The notes under the pieces: model-generated
What the model saw: the letters and a program-made list of their open reading frames with translations, nothing else
The model's database searches: none
What the model was told of the DNA's origin: nothing
Shown here: piece by piece, positions 9,789 through 20,356 of the stretch
Layout of the letters: each line of letters begins with the position of its first letter
How positions within the stretch are numbered: the stretch's first letter is position 1
Program-made: the position numbers and the translations under genes
Origin: Nitrospirota bacterium
GTDB lineage: Bacteria > Nitrospirota > Nitrospiria > Nitrospirales > Nitrospiraceae
Direction of reading: 5' to 3'
NCBI GenBank assembly: GCA_963701855.1
Contig: CAVPBK010000006.1
Coordinates: 64,001 to 128,000, forward strand
DNA: 64,000 nucleotides

Positions 9789-10265
9789 TTAACTTTTCCT
9801 TGGCATCACTGGAGCAATCATTTCGGTCGAATCTTCAAGACTGAAGCTCTCTCTAGCCTTGCAATTCAACCCAGAAGTCGCATCGCACTCCAGGTGGAGG
9901 GCCACATAGGTGCCAATCATTCTATAAAGGCTAGCGTGCCAAGCCCCGATCTTCCCGTCAGGTAAACTGAAGCACACACTCCATTTATAGACTCTATGAG
10001 CGCCGATGAACTGTACGAGCTTCAGCTTGTAGACCGGGTCAAAGTGGAATATTCCTTCTTCCGTTGTCCGAGTATCGAGGACCGGGTCATCACAGGTACC
10101 CCCCAGTGATAATGTGACCATCGTGCTCTTCATCGGCTGCCCCTGCTGAATCAGAGTCCCGATTAATTCTGGGGAATATGGGTCTGGGTAAGGAATCGGG
10201 ATACAGCCAGCCACGAGGGAAGAAAACAGGAGAAGAAGAACCCCAATAGTCAACCTGGTTTGCAT
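9789..10265 (-). CDS. Hypothetical lipoprotein (possible carboxypeptidase-regulatory/transthyretin-like fold)
   Basis: Lipobox LVAGC; TRTTEEGIFHF motif; lower GC than the backbone. Confidence 0.6.
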   Translation of the reverse strand: MQTRLTIGVLLLLFSSLVAGCIPIPYPDPYSPELIGTLIQQGQPMKSTMVTLSLGGTCDDPVLDTRTTEEGIFHFDPVYKLKLVQFIGAHRVYKWSVCFSLPDGKIGAWHASLYRMIGTYVALHLECDATSGLNCKARESFSLEDSTEMIAPVMPRKS

Positions 10266-10604
10266 AAGGATTGAATGGCGCTGCCTTGAATTTCGTTTCT
10301 GAAGGGACACACAATTCTTTCTGAACCTATCACAGGAGTAAACGCTCGCCTACGAAATGCACCGCTTTTGACGCAAAATTAGAGTTCTCGTGCCAAACTC
10401 GAATCTTCGAGCCCTAGCTTTTCATACCGTTATTCCAAACAAAATGAAGAATCGCAAAGCATTTGCTGACAAAGACGGCTGGCTTGGGGGTGTCAAAAAC
10501 ATTGTGAAGAACTAGACGCTATCCTTCGGGTTACGTTGAAGATTCATGGTAGCTGTTGAAGAGGTCAAAAAGAACTGATTTTGATCCTGCTGTTTCTCGT
10601 TTGC

Positions 10605-11072
10605 TCAGCTGACACGCGGACTCGACACCATACTGCTTGTGCTCGTTAACCCAGCCCATATCAAATAAATGTTGAAAACGACAAACGTGGCAGCCACACC
10701 CTGTGCACCTGGCCACCCAAAGGGTGTCTCACGAAATATCTCCAGATAGAGTACGCCTATAGGTGTAAGTGGAGCGAGAACATACGTCCATGGAAGGCAT
10801 AATACTAAGCCTAGCAATCCATAAATCAGACCATGCCACAGCATCACGCGTGGCAGAATAGCACCTTCCCTCATCTTCACATATACGATCCCGTAGAAAG
10901 CAATCATCGATAAATTAGGACCAAATCTCCAGGCAACATCAAAGATTCCGCGTACCATCCCTAAAGCATTTCTATACTCTGGAGAACTCAGTGCTAGGAC
11001 GAAATCAAGAGCGGCGAATGCACCCAGACATGCGAACCCAACCCGCACACAACCGATCTTTAGCTTACTCAT
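10605..11072 (-). CDS. Hypothetical multi-TM membrane protein, AT-rich
   Basis: 155-aa ORF with about four hydrophobic segments; AT-rich codons. Confidence 0.6.
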   Translation of the reverse strand: MSKLKIGCVRVGFACLGAFAALDFVLALSSPEYRNALGMVRGIFDVAWRFGPNLSMIAFYGIVYVKMREGAILPRVMLWHGLIYGLLGLVLCLPWTYVLAPLTPIGVLYLEIFRETPFGWPGAQGVAATFVVFNIYLIWAGLTSTSSMVSSPRVS

Positions 11073-11644
11073 CTACATCTTCCCCAACAGAGATTTGAGT
11101 AGGTGCACTGCCTCACGTAACTCCAGAAGCCTCCTACGGTAACCATTGGAATAACGATTATTCCCAACACATGTGTTTTCAAGCCTACCACAAGGCCTGA
11201 AACACGCTGGAGGGAATTGTCTTATTCCGCCTTATGACGTAGGAAGGATGACAGTGGAACTTGAAAGCACTGGTTGAAAGAAATGAAGAGGATTGAAGGT
11301 CAATTTCATTTGTTTTTGGACCAGCATCAGCATAAGTCAAATTCCTTGAGAAATCGACCAACTTTGGGCTGGCATTTTAGATGGGGATTTTGACAAGGGG
11401 GTATTTGGGATTTTCGGGAAGTTGACACCCCGTGGGATCCCGATGGTGCCGTCATTCGATTGAACCACCTGATAGCCGTCGGTCGTGTACTTCTGCTTTG
11501 GGTCGAAAGCGGTCATTGCCTCGGTGACCGGCACGGAAACGGATCCGCAGGGTTATTCGCGGCAGGTGAAAACGCGGCGTGCCGCTGGCGTGCTCGTGGC
11601 GGCGGCCAGGCTCGCCGCGCAAGCCGTCGGTGCGCCACCGGCGT

Positions 11645-12367
11645 TCAGTCTTCGACGCCCACGCCTCTCACGATGAGCACCGCATAGTCCTGCTTCGTGC
11701 AGCCCTCGACCGGAGGCATCGCTCCCCCTGACGCAACTGGAAACGCCGTCTTCTGCGCGTTTGCCGGCGAGCACGAACCACCAACCGCCGCCGGTGTATA
11801 ACGCGCTGAGCGGCAGGCCAAGTGCGTCACATCGTAGAGCGTCGCGCCTTTATCAAGCTCCCAGCGCCTATCACCATTCTTGTCGGCGGGATGAATGGTC
11901 AGCACAGCCGTCACCTCGCGGTTACCCGTGACCAAGTATTTGCCAGGAGGGAGCGGAAAGGTCGGCTGCTCCATAATCAAGCCGTGTTCCTCCAGCCACC
12001 AGTCCGTGCCGTCAAATTTCCAGCGCGCCGGAGCGACGCCACCTGCATCCTTCAACCGTTGATAGTGGTTCAGCTCGACGCCCCGAGGACCCGGGTCCAG
12101 AGGCCACAGACCCCACGATTGCGCGCCGCTCCCGGAGGTCGCACCTGGATCGCCCAACGCCGCGATGAACTGCGTTGATATGCGCTGGAACTTCGTTTGA
12201 CCTCCGCCTTCGGCGTGAACCGGCTGAGCCACGGCGGCTATCGTTACCAGCAAAGCCGTCGCAAGGCATGCGCGGCGAATGAGGCGCTGCGTTCTCCTCG
12301 TGAGCGCCAACACGGCACCTCGCTGTACATGGGTTCGCACCCCGATCGTTCTGAGTTCTGAAATCAT
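11645..12367 (-). CDS. Hypothetical exported protein (Trp/Gly-rich; start uncertain)
   Basis: Signal-like ALLVTIAAVAQPVHA followed by WGLWPLDPGPRG, WWLEEHGLIME and HLACRSARY; GC-rich codon usage. Confidence 0.7.
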   Translation of the reverse strand: MISELRTIGVRTHVQRGAVLALTRRTQRLIRRACLATALLVTIAAVAQPVHAEGGGQTKFQRISTQFIAALGDPGATSGSGAQSWGLWPLDPGPRGVELNHYQRLKDAGGVAPARWKFDGTDWWLEEHGLIMEQPTFPLPPGKYLVTGNREVTAVLTIHPADKNGDRRWELDKGATLYDVTHLACRSARYTPAAVGGSCSPANAQKTAFPVASGGAMPPVEGCTKQDYAVLIVRGVGVED

Positions 12368-12570
12368 CTCTCGACTTTCCTTTCAGGACGGGTAAGCAAC
12401 AACTCGATCACCACAGTGTCCCCAATGGACCGCAAATCTACACCGCGAATGACCGTTTGGGTCGATAGCTGACACTGACTGCCGGCTCGAATCTGAACTA
12501 ATACACGTTAAACGTGAGACGTGTAAGGATTTCCGAGTTCAACACTGCACGTTTCACTTTCTTTTTACGT

Positions 12571-13213
12571 TTACCGCCTCTCGTAGAACAACTCCAGTGC
12601 GGCTGCAAAGCCCTTTAGTACGTCCTTTGCGAAACACGTCCTCAAGCTGTCCGCGTAGCGATCTGACGCCTCCCTCATCGTCTCGTTTGACCACGCCTTG
12701 GGACAATAGCATCTCCGTCGCCACTTCGAGGAGCCGCTGTTTGCGCCCCTCCATCTCAGCCGTGACCAGCTCTTCCATGACCTCCGATGCCCGCTCCTGA
12801 ATTATCTCTTCTTTAAACGTGTCGTACCCTTGATCCGCCACGGTCCGCTCATGAATCACGGCGAGTTCGGCTTTGATCCGCGTCACATTTTTCATCAAGA
12901 CCGCGAATATTTCCTTGCGCCCTTCATCGAAGAGCTTCTTCTCCATCTCGTCGAGGATGACGGCTGGATCTGGCGCTTCATCCCGCGCTGTTTCTTCTCC
13001 CCAATTGAGCCGGTCATAGCTCAGGCGCTTGCCCGGATCGCCGACGACTTCATAGGCGGCATTGATATCACGGATCTTGGCTTCGGCCTGCGTGCTATCG
13101 GGATTGCGGTCAGGATGGTGCTGAAAGACCAGCTTCCTGTAAGCCTTCTTGATCGCATCATCGGACGCGTCGCGCGAAACCCCCAACACTCGGTAGAAGT
13201 CAATTCGTGCCAT
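12571..13213 (-). CDS. DnaJ-domain protein (J-domain only), with a +1 frameshift near the 3' end
   Basis: MARIDFYRVLGV...IKKAYRKL...HPDRN...AYEVVGD. Deleting one base of the run at about 12611 gives the ending KGFAAALELFYERR-stop at 12571. Confidence 0.85.
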
Positions 13214-13259
13214 AGCTGGCGAACTATAGCATGGGGCTTCAGCAGGCTTCACCTTGACT

Positions 13260-14392
13260 CCCTGGCAGAAGCTCCCCAGCCTGTCGCCATCCATTTATTG
13301 TCAGCGAGCAGGCCATCTACGGCGGAACAAATCGGCTGGTACGCGGGATCATCTTTTCAATTTTTCTCATCGGCTAGGCCATCGGCGGAATCACATTCGG
13401 CATCCAGGCCGACCGCTTCGGTCGGACTAAGGTCTTGATCGCGACCATCATCTATGCCGTCTTCATCGGAGCCGCTGCATTATCGGAGACATGGTGGCAC
13501 CTCGCCATCTATCGATTCTTTTCGGCGCTTGGCATCGGGGGTAATGGGCGGCCGGCGTAGCGATCGTCGAGGAAACCTGGCCGGAAAAACGGGCAAAGGC
13601 CGCAGAGATTTTCCAATCCGCCTGAGCTGTCGGGTTCTTTCTGGCCGCCACATTCAACCTTACGCTTAAAGAAACGTACGGATGGCGGGGGCTCTTTCTC
13701 GCCGGCATCCTGCCCGCATTTGTAGCCCTATTTCGTTCGATGGTGGGTAAAGGAACCAGAACGTTGGACTCACGCACAGGAACAACAGACCATCTCTCTC
13801 ACAGCAGTTTTTGAGGGTAACTTACGACGAGGAACCTTGGTGGGTTCGGCCTTAGCCTTCGTGGCTGTAGTTGGCCTCTGGGGTTCGACGAACTGGGCTC
13901 CGACACTCACCCGCGAGCTGCCCGACCTGAAGGGACAGGATCCCGCTATCCTGACAAAATACGTGAGCTACGCCATTATGGCTCTGAACGCGGGAGCGAT
14001 TTTCGGCTATCTGGGCTTCGGCCGCGGCCTGTCTTCTCCTTCATGTGCGTGGGCAGTTTCGTGATGCTCCCGATTACCTTTCTCGTTCCATCCAGCTACA
14101 GTGGTGTGCTTATGCTGCTGCCGATCCTCGGATTCTTTAACAACGGCATCTTTAGCGGGCTTCCCATTTATCTGCCCGAACTCTATCCGACCGGACTTCG
14201 TGCCACCGGCGCCGGATTTTGCTTCACAGCGGGACGTATCCTGGCTTCCGCCTAGCCATTCCTGACAGATTGGCTTGTCACAACTTTCGACACCTTTGGG
14301 CGAGCCACCAGCACTGTGGCATTGATCTATCCGGCAGGATTTGCGGTCTTAATCTTTGCACCGGGGACAGGGGCAAACTACTGCCGGAATAA
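13260..14392 (+). pseudogene. Degraded MFS transporter
   Basis: Fragments ADRFGRTKVL, GIGG*WAAG...ETWPEKRAKA, QSA*AVGFFLAA, YGWRGLF, YLPELYPTGLRATGAGFCF. Several in-frame stops and frameshifts; 5' end missing. Confidence 0.85.
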
Positions 14393-14460
14393 CTGATTCT
14401 GAGTCAGCGTCAAACGTATCGGTCCTTGACATCCCATTAAAGAGGCTTATTAGCTATAGC

Positions 14461-15132
14461 ATGATTAACACACAACCACCAAAAGCTTTGACCCACGACG
14501 AGAAGAAAGCCGCCGAAGCAGCCTTCGCGGGCCACCCCTTCAATGAAGCATGGTCTGCTGCAGCTCGAGCGGTCTACGACGGTATTGTGAAAGCCTTACC
14601 TCACACAGACATCGCGATCCCCGCTCCTTCCAACATAGAAGAATCACCGGAGGTTCTTTCCTCGAAGCGCGAGCCTCTACAGGCTCAAGAGCCTCTCGCA
14701 CTAGCCCACGCAGGTGAGCAGGAGTTGGTGGAGGGGACTACGATGCTTCCAGCTTTTCGCGACAGGGAGGCGGCGATTCAGGCCGGAGTCTTGATCGACG
14801 TGACGCCGACCGCTCTACAACTCGGCATCACGTTCCCCGTCACGATCACCCGACCGCTCTGGGAAATAGGCATTGTTACTGATCAATCGCTCCCCGAAGA
14901 AGATCAAACCAGCCGGTTGCGCGACATTCTGATGGCTTTTCGTCTGCGCCTTGCCAGCCTGACGACAGTATCCCCTCTGCTCGACTTTCCGGTTCTGCTA
15001 GCCTTGCCGCCGGGCAAAGTACCTCAGCCGGTGCCATTGTTCGCCCTCATTCAACCGGACCCCACGCACCAGGCAAACGTGACGCTCTTGCTGCCGAATG
15101 AGGTGTCCTTGTCCATCACCTCGCTGAATTAA
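14461..15132 (+). CDS. Hypothetical protein with DUF6573-like C-terminal domain
   Basis: REAAIQAGVLIDVT...FPVTITRPLW...RLRDIL...TLLLPNE resembles that family. Start chosen at ATG 14461. Confidence 0.6.
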   Translation: MINTQPPKALTHDEKKAAEAAFAGHPFNEAWSAAARAVYDGIVKALPHTDIAIPAPSNIEESPEVLSSKREPLQAQEPLALAHAGEQELVEGTTMLPAFRDREAAIQAGVLIDVTPTALQLGITFPVTITRPLWEIGIVTDQSLPEEDQTSRLRDILMAFRLRLASLTTVSPLLDFPVLLALPPGKVPQPVPLFALIQPDPTHQANVTLLLPNEVSLSITSLN

Positions 15133-15137
15133 TCGGC

Positions 15138-15257
15138 AGCTGAAAAAGTCCGCCAGCAGCGTTCTCGCATCGTTCAGACCCTCAACGTACCCCAGAGGGT
15201 ACGCCTTCGGCCCTTCACTCGCTGCGGCCTTGCTGAACAGTCTTTTTGAGCAGCCTG
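15138..15257. repeat. MITE/REP-like repeat, family A
   Basis: GCTGAAAAAGTCCGCCAGC...GTTCTCGCATCG...CAACGTACCCCAGAGGGTACGCC...CTTTTTGAGCAGCCTG. Overlaps the 3' end of the cca-like gene. Confidence 0.85.
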
Positions 15258-16564
15258 TGGGCTAGGGCGCGTTCCTCCGCCTCGGTTGTGACCATTCCAT
15301 CAATGCGCGCATCCAACAGTTTTCCCAGGATGGTCTTGTACTCTGGCCCAGGCTCTAAACCCATCGCCTGAAGATCCCGCCCTGTCAGTAGCGTCTTCAT
15401 TGTCCTGTTCTTCATATAGGCCACAAGTTGTCGTTTCAGCAGACTCACGCGCACGCCGTGCTGCGCGCTTACCTCCTTCACTAGAAACAGCACAAGGGCC
15501 TCGTCCGAGAAACCTGCCAAGAGGCGATACACCTGCGATGGCCGTACTGTCTCTTTATTGGTAAGACGCTTCAGAGCGCGATCAACCCAACGTCCTACTG
15601 CACTCACCTTCTTGGCCTGCTCCCGTGAAAGCGCTAACCGCCGAATCAGCGCGGCCACCACGACCGCGCTGGACTCGTTCGACAACGCCATGAGGCAGAC
15701 GATCGGCCGGTCGATCACAGAAGCCGGGAATCGACGCGCCCACCAGGCGAGCGCCTTGGGAACGGCAGCGACCATTCGCTTCACGTTTTTCGTGTAGCAC
15801 AAACGTCGGTGGAGGAAGCGAAGCAACTTCAACTGCGCAAGCCGCGCAATCACGCACGCCGGATCGCGCTCGGAAAACAGCAACAAGATTTCGTTCTGCA
15901 ATCGAGGACCGGAGAGTTGCCGGATCAGATTCGTGGAGGCCGCTTGCGCGAGCAGGCGCACTGTGGTGCGCTCAAGGCGGAAACCAAACCGTTGTTCAAA
16001 CCGGATCGCTCTAAAGATGCGCGTGGGATCGTCTTGAAAACTGCCCGCATGCAGTACACGGATCGCGCGCGCCTGAAGATCGCGCCGCCCTCCATAGGGA
16101 TCGAGCAAACGACCGAACTGTCGCGGATTCAGTTGTACCGCTATGGCATTGATCGTGAAGTCCCGCCGGGAAAGATCCTCTTCGATCGACGCCGGCTGAA
16201 CCGTCGGCAGAACAGCGGGCTGCGCGTAGGACTCTCGTCTGGTCGTCGCAATATCCATCTTGAGTCCGTCCGGGAATGTGAGCCGCGCCGTCGAAAACCG
16301 TTCAAACACCGCCAGCCCTGCCCCATACCGGTCGGCCACCAACTGCGCGAAGGCGACCCCATCCCCCTCTACCGTGAAATCGAGATCCCAGATCTCTCGC
16401 TTCAGCAAGAGATCGCGGACGACTCCGCCGACAAGGTACAAGCGCTCCCCACTCTCATCCGCAAGGTTCCCAAGCTCACGAAGCAGAGCAAGTCGCTCCC
16501 GAGGGAGACGACGCAACAGATCGTTTTGAGTCATACGATGCTTCACGGCACGCCATTGTAGCAA
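15215..16564 (-). CDS. Class II tRNA nucleotidyltransferase (CCA-/A-adding type)
   Basis: VGGVVRDLLL, DLDF, RRESYAQPAVLP loop, EDLSRRDFTINA, SFQDDPTRIFRAIRF. Confidence 0.9.
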   Translation of the reverse strand: MLQWRAVKHRMTQNDLLRRLPRERLALLRELGNLADESGERLYLVGGVVRDLLLKREIWDLDFTVEGDGVAFAQLVADRYGAGLAVFERFSTARLTFPDGLKMDIATTRRESYAQPAVLPTVQPASIEEDLSRRDFTINAIAVQLNPRQFGRLLDPYGGRRDLQARAIRVLHAGSFQDDPTRIFRAIRFEQRFGFRLERTTVRLLAQAASTNLIRQLSGPRLQNEILLLFSERDPACVIARLAQLKLLRFLHRRLCYTKNVKRMVAAVPKALAWWARRFPASVIDRPIVCLMALSNESSAVVVAALIRRLALSREQAKKVSAVGRWVDRALKRLTNKETVRPSQVYRLLAGFSDEALVLFLVKEVSAQHGVRVSLLKRQLVAYMKNRTMKTLLTGRDLQAMGLEPGPEYKTILGKLLDARIDGMVTTEAEERALAHRLLKKTVQQGRSE

Positions 16565-17359
16565 TCTCCTTCTCGATGAGGAACAATCTTCCTCATCAAC
16601 AAGACGGGGCGCTCAGGATACGATCCTGGGCGCCTCGTTGGGTCCCCACGTAGTTTCAAATTACCGGTGCCGCTTCCCCTGGCGGTCGTGCTTCTCGCAG
16701 GCAATATGGCGCGCGGCTCGCTCACAATGCAGGTGAAAAATTTTGGATGGAGAAACGTCTTCAGCAGCGAGATCCTTCCAACACTTACTCCAACTGATCG
16801 GCGCCGCGAATCTGCCGATACTACTCTCGATCCAACATATCCAGGCTCACCGAGATGACGACCGGCAACCGACTCAATCACTCAAGTAGTTGAGGTGTGA
16901 CCTTCGTCCCGTTTGTAATCAGTGTGAGGTGACCGCCGATCCTAAGAGGTCTTCGCGGATCTCCGGAATATCGCGCCGCAACAACGGCTCGCCTCCCTGC
17001 ACCAGCCAAACCGCACACCGTCACGATAGAGATGGGAGAAGACACCCTGAATTTCTTCGCGTGCCATCTCCTACCGCCCGACATTGAGCGGCAGATCGCA
17101 GTGGCCGCAGGCAGGATTGCATCCGAGATTTACCCGAAACGTGGCCAATACCGGCCGGCCCGTTATGAGGTTGGTGAAAGGCTTGGGCGCTTGATCAGGA
17201 CCGTGAAGAGGACTGCCGTCATCTATCCTCGCATCGATAGATATGGCCATATTTGGACAGGCTTATGCCGTTTTTTTCTCGTTTCTTCGGAGATCAAAGA
17301 CCTTTTCTCGCCAACTCCTCTAACCTACGAACTTTCTTGATCAATCTCGCTCTAGGCTC

Positions 17360-17375
17360 CGGCACATACCTTGCT
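17360..17375 (+). promoter_or_regulatory. Putative sigma54 (-24/-12) promoter
   Basis: CGGCACATACCTTGCT has GG-N10-GC spacing, 45 bp upstream of the 17421 gene. Confidence 0.7.
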
Positions 17376-17420
17376 GATGGGTTCTAGGTTGAAATTGACT
17401 CTCACCCTGCAAGGAGGTCC

Positions 17421-17816
17421 ATGATGCAGAAGGCAAAAAAGAAAATTCTCCCGGTGCTCGTGATCACCCTGGCCATTGTGGCGTTAGCGATGACCCCGGC
17501 GCTGGCCAAAGACTCAAAAAACAAGAAGCCTAGCCATTCATCTGCAAAAGCGCCGGCAGAGGCAGCCAGCCACGTCCCTGAAGAAAACAATGCGCCCAAA
17601 GCCGGCCATCACGATGAGAAACCAGGACCAGCCTGGATGACGCTCGGCGGCACAGTCAAAAAGATCGAGGGCAACGCGTATACCGTGGAAGATTACGAAG
17701 GCAACCGCGTCAAGCTTTACGTCGGCCAGGGCACGAAACAGATCAAGCAAAAGAAGGTCGGGGACACCGTCCGCGCGGAAATTACGCGAGGCGGCTTCGC
17801 CAATTCCATTCAGTAA
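17421..17816 (+). CDS. Exported small OB-fold-like hypothetical protein
   Basis: RBS AGGAGG, signal peptide (TPALA), GTVKKIEG...YTVED...KVGDTVRAEI. Confidence 0.75.
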   Translation: MMQKAKKKILPVLVITLAIVALAMTPALAKDSKNKKPSHSSAKAPAEAASHVPEENNAPKAGHHDEKPGPAWMTLGGTVKKIEGNAYTVEDYEGNRVKLYVGQGTKQIKQKKVGDTVRAEITRGGFANSIQ

Positions 17817-17862
17817 CCCCTATTTCGAATCCGCGCACCCACCTCACGCGCAGTGGTGCCCT

Positions 17863-17897
17863 TGAACGGGCCGGCCCTGAACAGGCCGGCCCGTTCA
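17863..17897. terminator. Hairpin between convergent genes (probable bidirectional terminator)
   Basis: Perfect 14-bp stem TGAACGGGCCGGCC / GGCCGGCCCGTTCA. Confidence 0.75.
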
Positions 17898-17922
17898 TTA
17901 TGAGCCACTATGCGGCATAGGG

Positions 17923-18687
17923 TCATCGAGCCAACGTCTTCATCGATTTCTGAAACACAATGTCGCCGTAATAGGCCGTGACCTGTTCTTTGGTATTATC
18001 AGTATCGCTCATGATCGCGACGCCATTGATCATCGGTGGCTCCTCCCCGAACGCCTTCTTGTAGTCTTCGTAAATATTTCGCTCTTCGTCGATCCATATG
18101 CCCACATTCTGAGTTCCGCTCTCAACGATCACCATCTTGGCAAAATCGGTATAGGCATTCTCGACGATCGTGCCGACCGGTGTCTTTGTTTCCCATATAT
18201 AGTTCAAGGCAGCGATTGGAATATCGCCGAACAGAGCCTGCCCGGCTTTGAACTTGAGCTTCTTGCTAAAGCTGACTTTTTCGGGATCGTATTCAAAGGT
18301 AATGTAGAGCCGGGCCGGAAAGTCGTCGCCCTCTTTGAATGCCACGTCGCTACGCTGGAGCACGTTGTCGATTTTCCATCGCCACCTGACGATCGGGAAT
18401 TCTTTTGGATCGATCAACACCTGCTTGATCAGGCCAGAGGCCGAGGCTTCGCTCACAGCCTTCACGATCGTCACACCTCCATCTTTCACCACTTCATAGA
18501 AGGTATGTTTTGGTATCTTCTTAAAAGTGAGCGGTTTCCACCCATCTGGCAACACGGTACCGACCTGACTGGCTGAAAATTTTCCCACCTCAAGCACTGT
18601 TCCGCTCTGTGCCCAGAGGCATGTCGGAGCTAACAAGAGCCCCACGCTCATGAGCAACATTCTATGTAACGTTCGGCCCTGTGTCAT
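17923..18687 (-). CDS. DUF3047-family exported protein
   Basis: SEASASGL, PIVRWRWK, DDFPARLYITF, ALNYIW, ERNIYEDYKKAFGE, AIMSDTDNT. Confidence 0.85.
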   Translation of the reverse strand: MTQGRTLHRMLLMSVGLLLAPTCLWAQSGTVLEVGKFSASQVGTVLPDGWKPLTFKKIPKHTFYEVVKDGGVTIVKAVSEASASGLIKQVLIDPKEFPIVRWRWKIDNVLQRSDVAFKEGDDFPARLYITFEYDPEKVSFSKKLKFKAGQALFGDIPIAALNYIWETKTPVGTIVENAYTDFAKMVIVESGTQNVGIWIDEERNIYEDYKKAFGEEPPMINGVAIMSDTDNTKEQVTAYYGDIVFQKSMKTLAR

Positions 18688-18700
18688 ACGCTGTGAATCG

Positions 18701-20290
18701 CTACCGTCGCATCCATGCAAACAATTTCATCAGCAAGGCCTTCGTGCGTGGGGTAAAGTGCGCCTTGCGCCAAAGATTCACGACCTTCTTATTCACCTCG
18801 GCTTGCGTCGGATAGGGATGAATCGTACCGGCGATCGTCTTCGCTCCGGCGCCGGCTTTCATCGCAACTGAGAACTCACCGATCATCTCACCGGCGTGGA
18901 CCGCCACAATAGTCGCGCCGAGAATCTTGTCGGAGCCTTTCTGGATGTGCACTCGCGCGAACCCTTCGTCTTCGCCGTCGAGAATCGCGCGATCGACCTC
19001 ATCGAGCTTATAGGTGTAAGTTTCAACTTCGATGCCTTTCTCCTTTGCTTCCTTCTCATACATCCCAACATGCGCGACTTCCGGCACCGTGAAGGTACAC
19101 CAGGGCATGATCAACGATTCGACGCTGGCATAGCCCACGCCGAAAGGATGTGGGAATAGGGCGTTCTGAATGACCAGCTGCGCCATGGCATCGGCCGCAT
19201 GGGTGAATTTGTAGCGTGAACAAATGTCGCCGGCCGCAAAGATCCTGGGGTTCGTCGTCTGCAGCCGCGCATTCACCTTGACCCCGTTCTTGTCGTACTC
19301 AACACCAACCGTTTCCAGCCCGATGCCTTCGACATTCGGGGTACGGCCGACACCGACCAGAATCTCGTCAACCGTCACATCGTACTGCTGGCCATGTGAA
19401 TCGACAGTGAGCCGCTTGCCGGCATCCGTTTTCTGTACCTTTAAATCTTTCCCGCAACAGAGCAGCTTCACTCCGTCGCGCAACATCTGCTGTTCGACAA
19501 TTTCAGCTGCGTCTCGGTCTTCGTTCGGCAGGATGCCGTGTACCGCTTCAATGAGGCAGACCTGGCTCCCAAAGCGTGCAAACGACTGCGCCAACTCGCA
19601 ACCGATGGGACCGGCGCCGATTACCCCGATGCGTTGCGGCAGTTCCGTCAGCGAGAACACCGTTTCATTGGTGAGATAGCCCGCCTCTTTCAATCCGGGC
19701 GTCGGAGGCACCGACGCCCTTGCTCCTGTGCAGACAGCCGCCTTCGCAAAGTTCAGCGTGCGATGGCCGGCCGGCCCTTCAACTTGAATGGTGTCGGGGC
19801 CGGTAAAGCGCCCGCTGCCGATATAGACATCCACACCCAATTTCGTATAGCGATGAACCGAATCGTTGTGACTGATCCGCGCCCGCAGTTTTCTCATGCG
19901 CTCCATCGCTGCTCCAAAGTCGTATTTGACCCCTGGAGGAATATGCAGGCCGAACTCCTCGGCATTCCGTACATCGGCCCAAGCCCTTGCCGCACGTATG
20001 ATGCCTTTCGAGGGCACACAGCCGACATTCAAGCAGTCGCCACCCATCAAATGTTTTTCAATTAAGGCCACTTTGGCCCCCAGACTTGCAGCCACGACCG
20101 CCGTGATCAATCCCGCAGTCCCGGCTCCGACGACCACAATATTGTAGCGACCAGCCGGTTCGGGATTGACCCAGTTCGAAGGATGCACGTTGCTGACGAG
20201 CGTTCGGTTATGCTCATCGTTCGGCAGCATGAGGTTCTCTTCATGCTTATTCATCACAACGTTCCACTCTTCTGCCGGCTGCAAAACCAT
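18701..20290 (-). CDS. FAD-dependent pyridine nucleotide-disulfide oxidoreductase (MerA/Lpd-like)
   Basis: GAGTAG, GGDCLNVGCVPSK redox disulfide, GAGPIG, HPYPT. No C-terminal Cys-Cys pair. Confidence 0.9.
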   Translation of the reverse strand: MVLQPAEEWNVVMNKHEENLMLPNDEHNRTLVSNVHPSNWVNPEPAGRYNIVVVGAGTAGLITAVVAASLGAKVALIEKHLMGGDCLNVGCVPSKGIIRAARAWADVRNAEEFGLHIPPGVKYDFGAAMERMRKLRARISHNDSVHRYTKLGVDVYIGSGRFTGPDTIQVEGPAGHRTLNFAKAAVCTGARASVPPTPGLKEAGYLTNETVFSLTELPQRIGVIGAGPIGCELAQSFARFGSQVCLIEAVHGILPNEDRDAAEIVEQQMLRDGVKLLCCGKDLKVQKTDAGKRLTVDSHGQQYDVTVDEILVGVGRTPNVEGIGLETVGVEYDKNGVKVNARLQTTNPRIFAAGDICSRYKFTHAADAMAQLVIQNALFPHPFGVGYASVESLIMPWCTFTVPEVAHVGMYEKEAKEKGIEVETYTYKLDEVDRAILDGEDEGFARVHIQKGSDKILGATIVAVHAGEMIGEFSVAMKAGAGAKTIAGTIHPYPTQAEVNKKVVNLWRKAHFTPRTKALLMKLFAWMRR

Positions 20291-20356
20291 CGTGTTGCTC
20301 CCTCATTTCGCCTACGCTTCACGTTTCACGCCTCACGTTTTTTATGGCGATTGCGG

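Noticed and set aside
16660..16700. SRP RNA or SAH riboswitch-like words (minus strand CCAGGGGAAGCGGC)
   Set aside because: Lacks the SRP domain IV stem-tetraloop and the full riboswitch consensus.
18701..20290. merA (mercuric reductase)
   Set aside because: No C-terminal Cys-Cys pair, no NmerA domain and no mer operon genes nearby.
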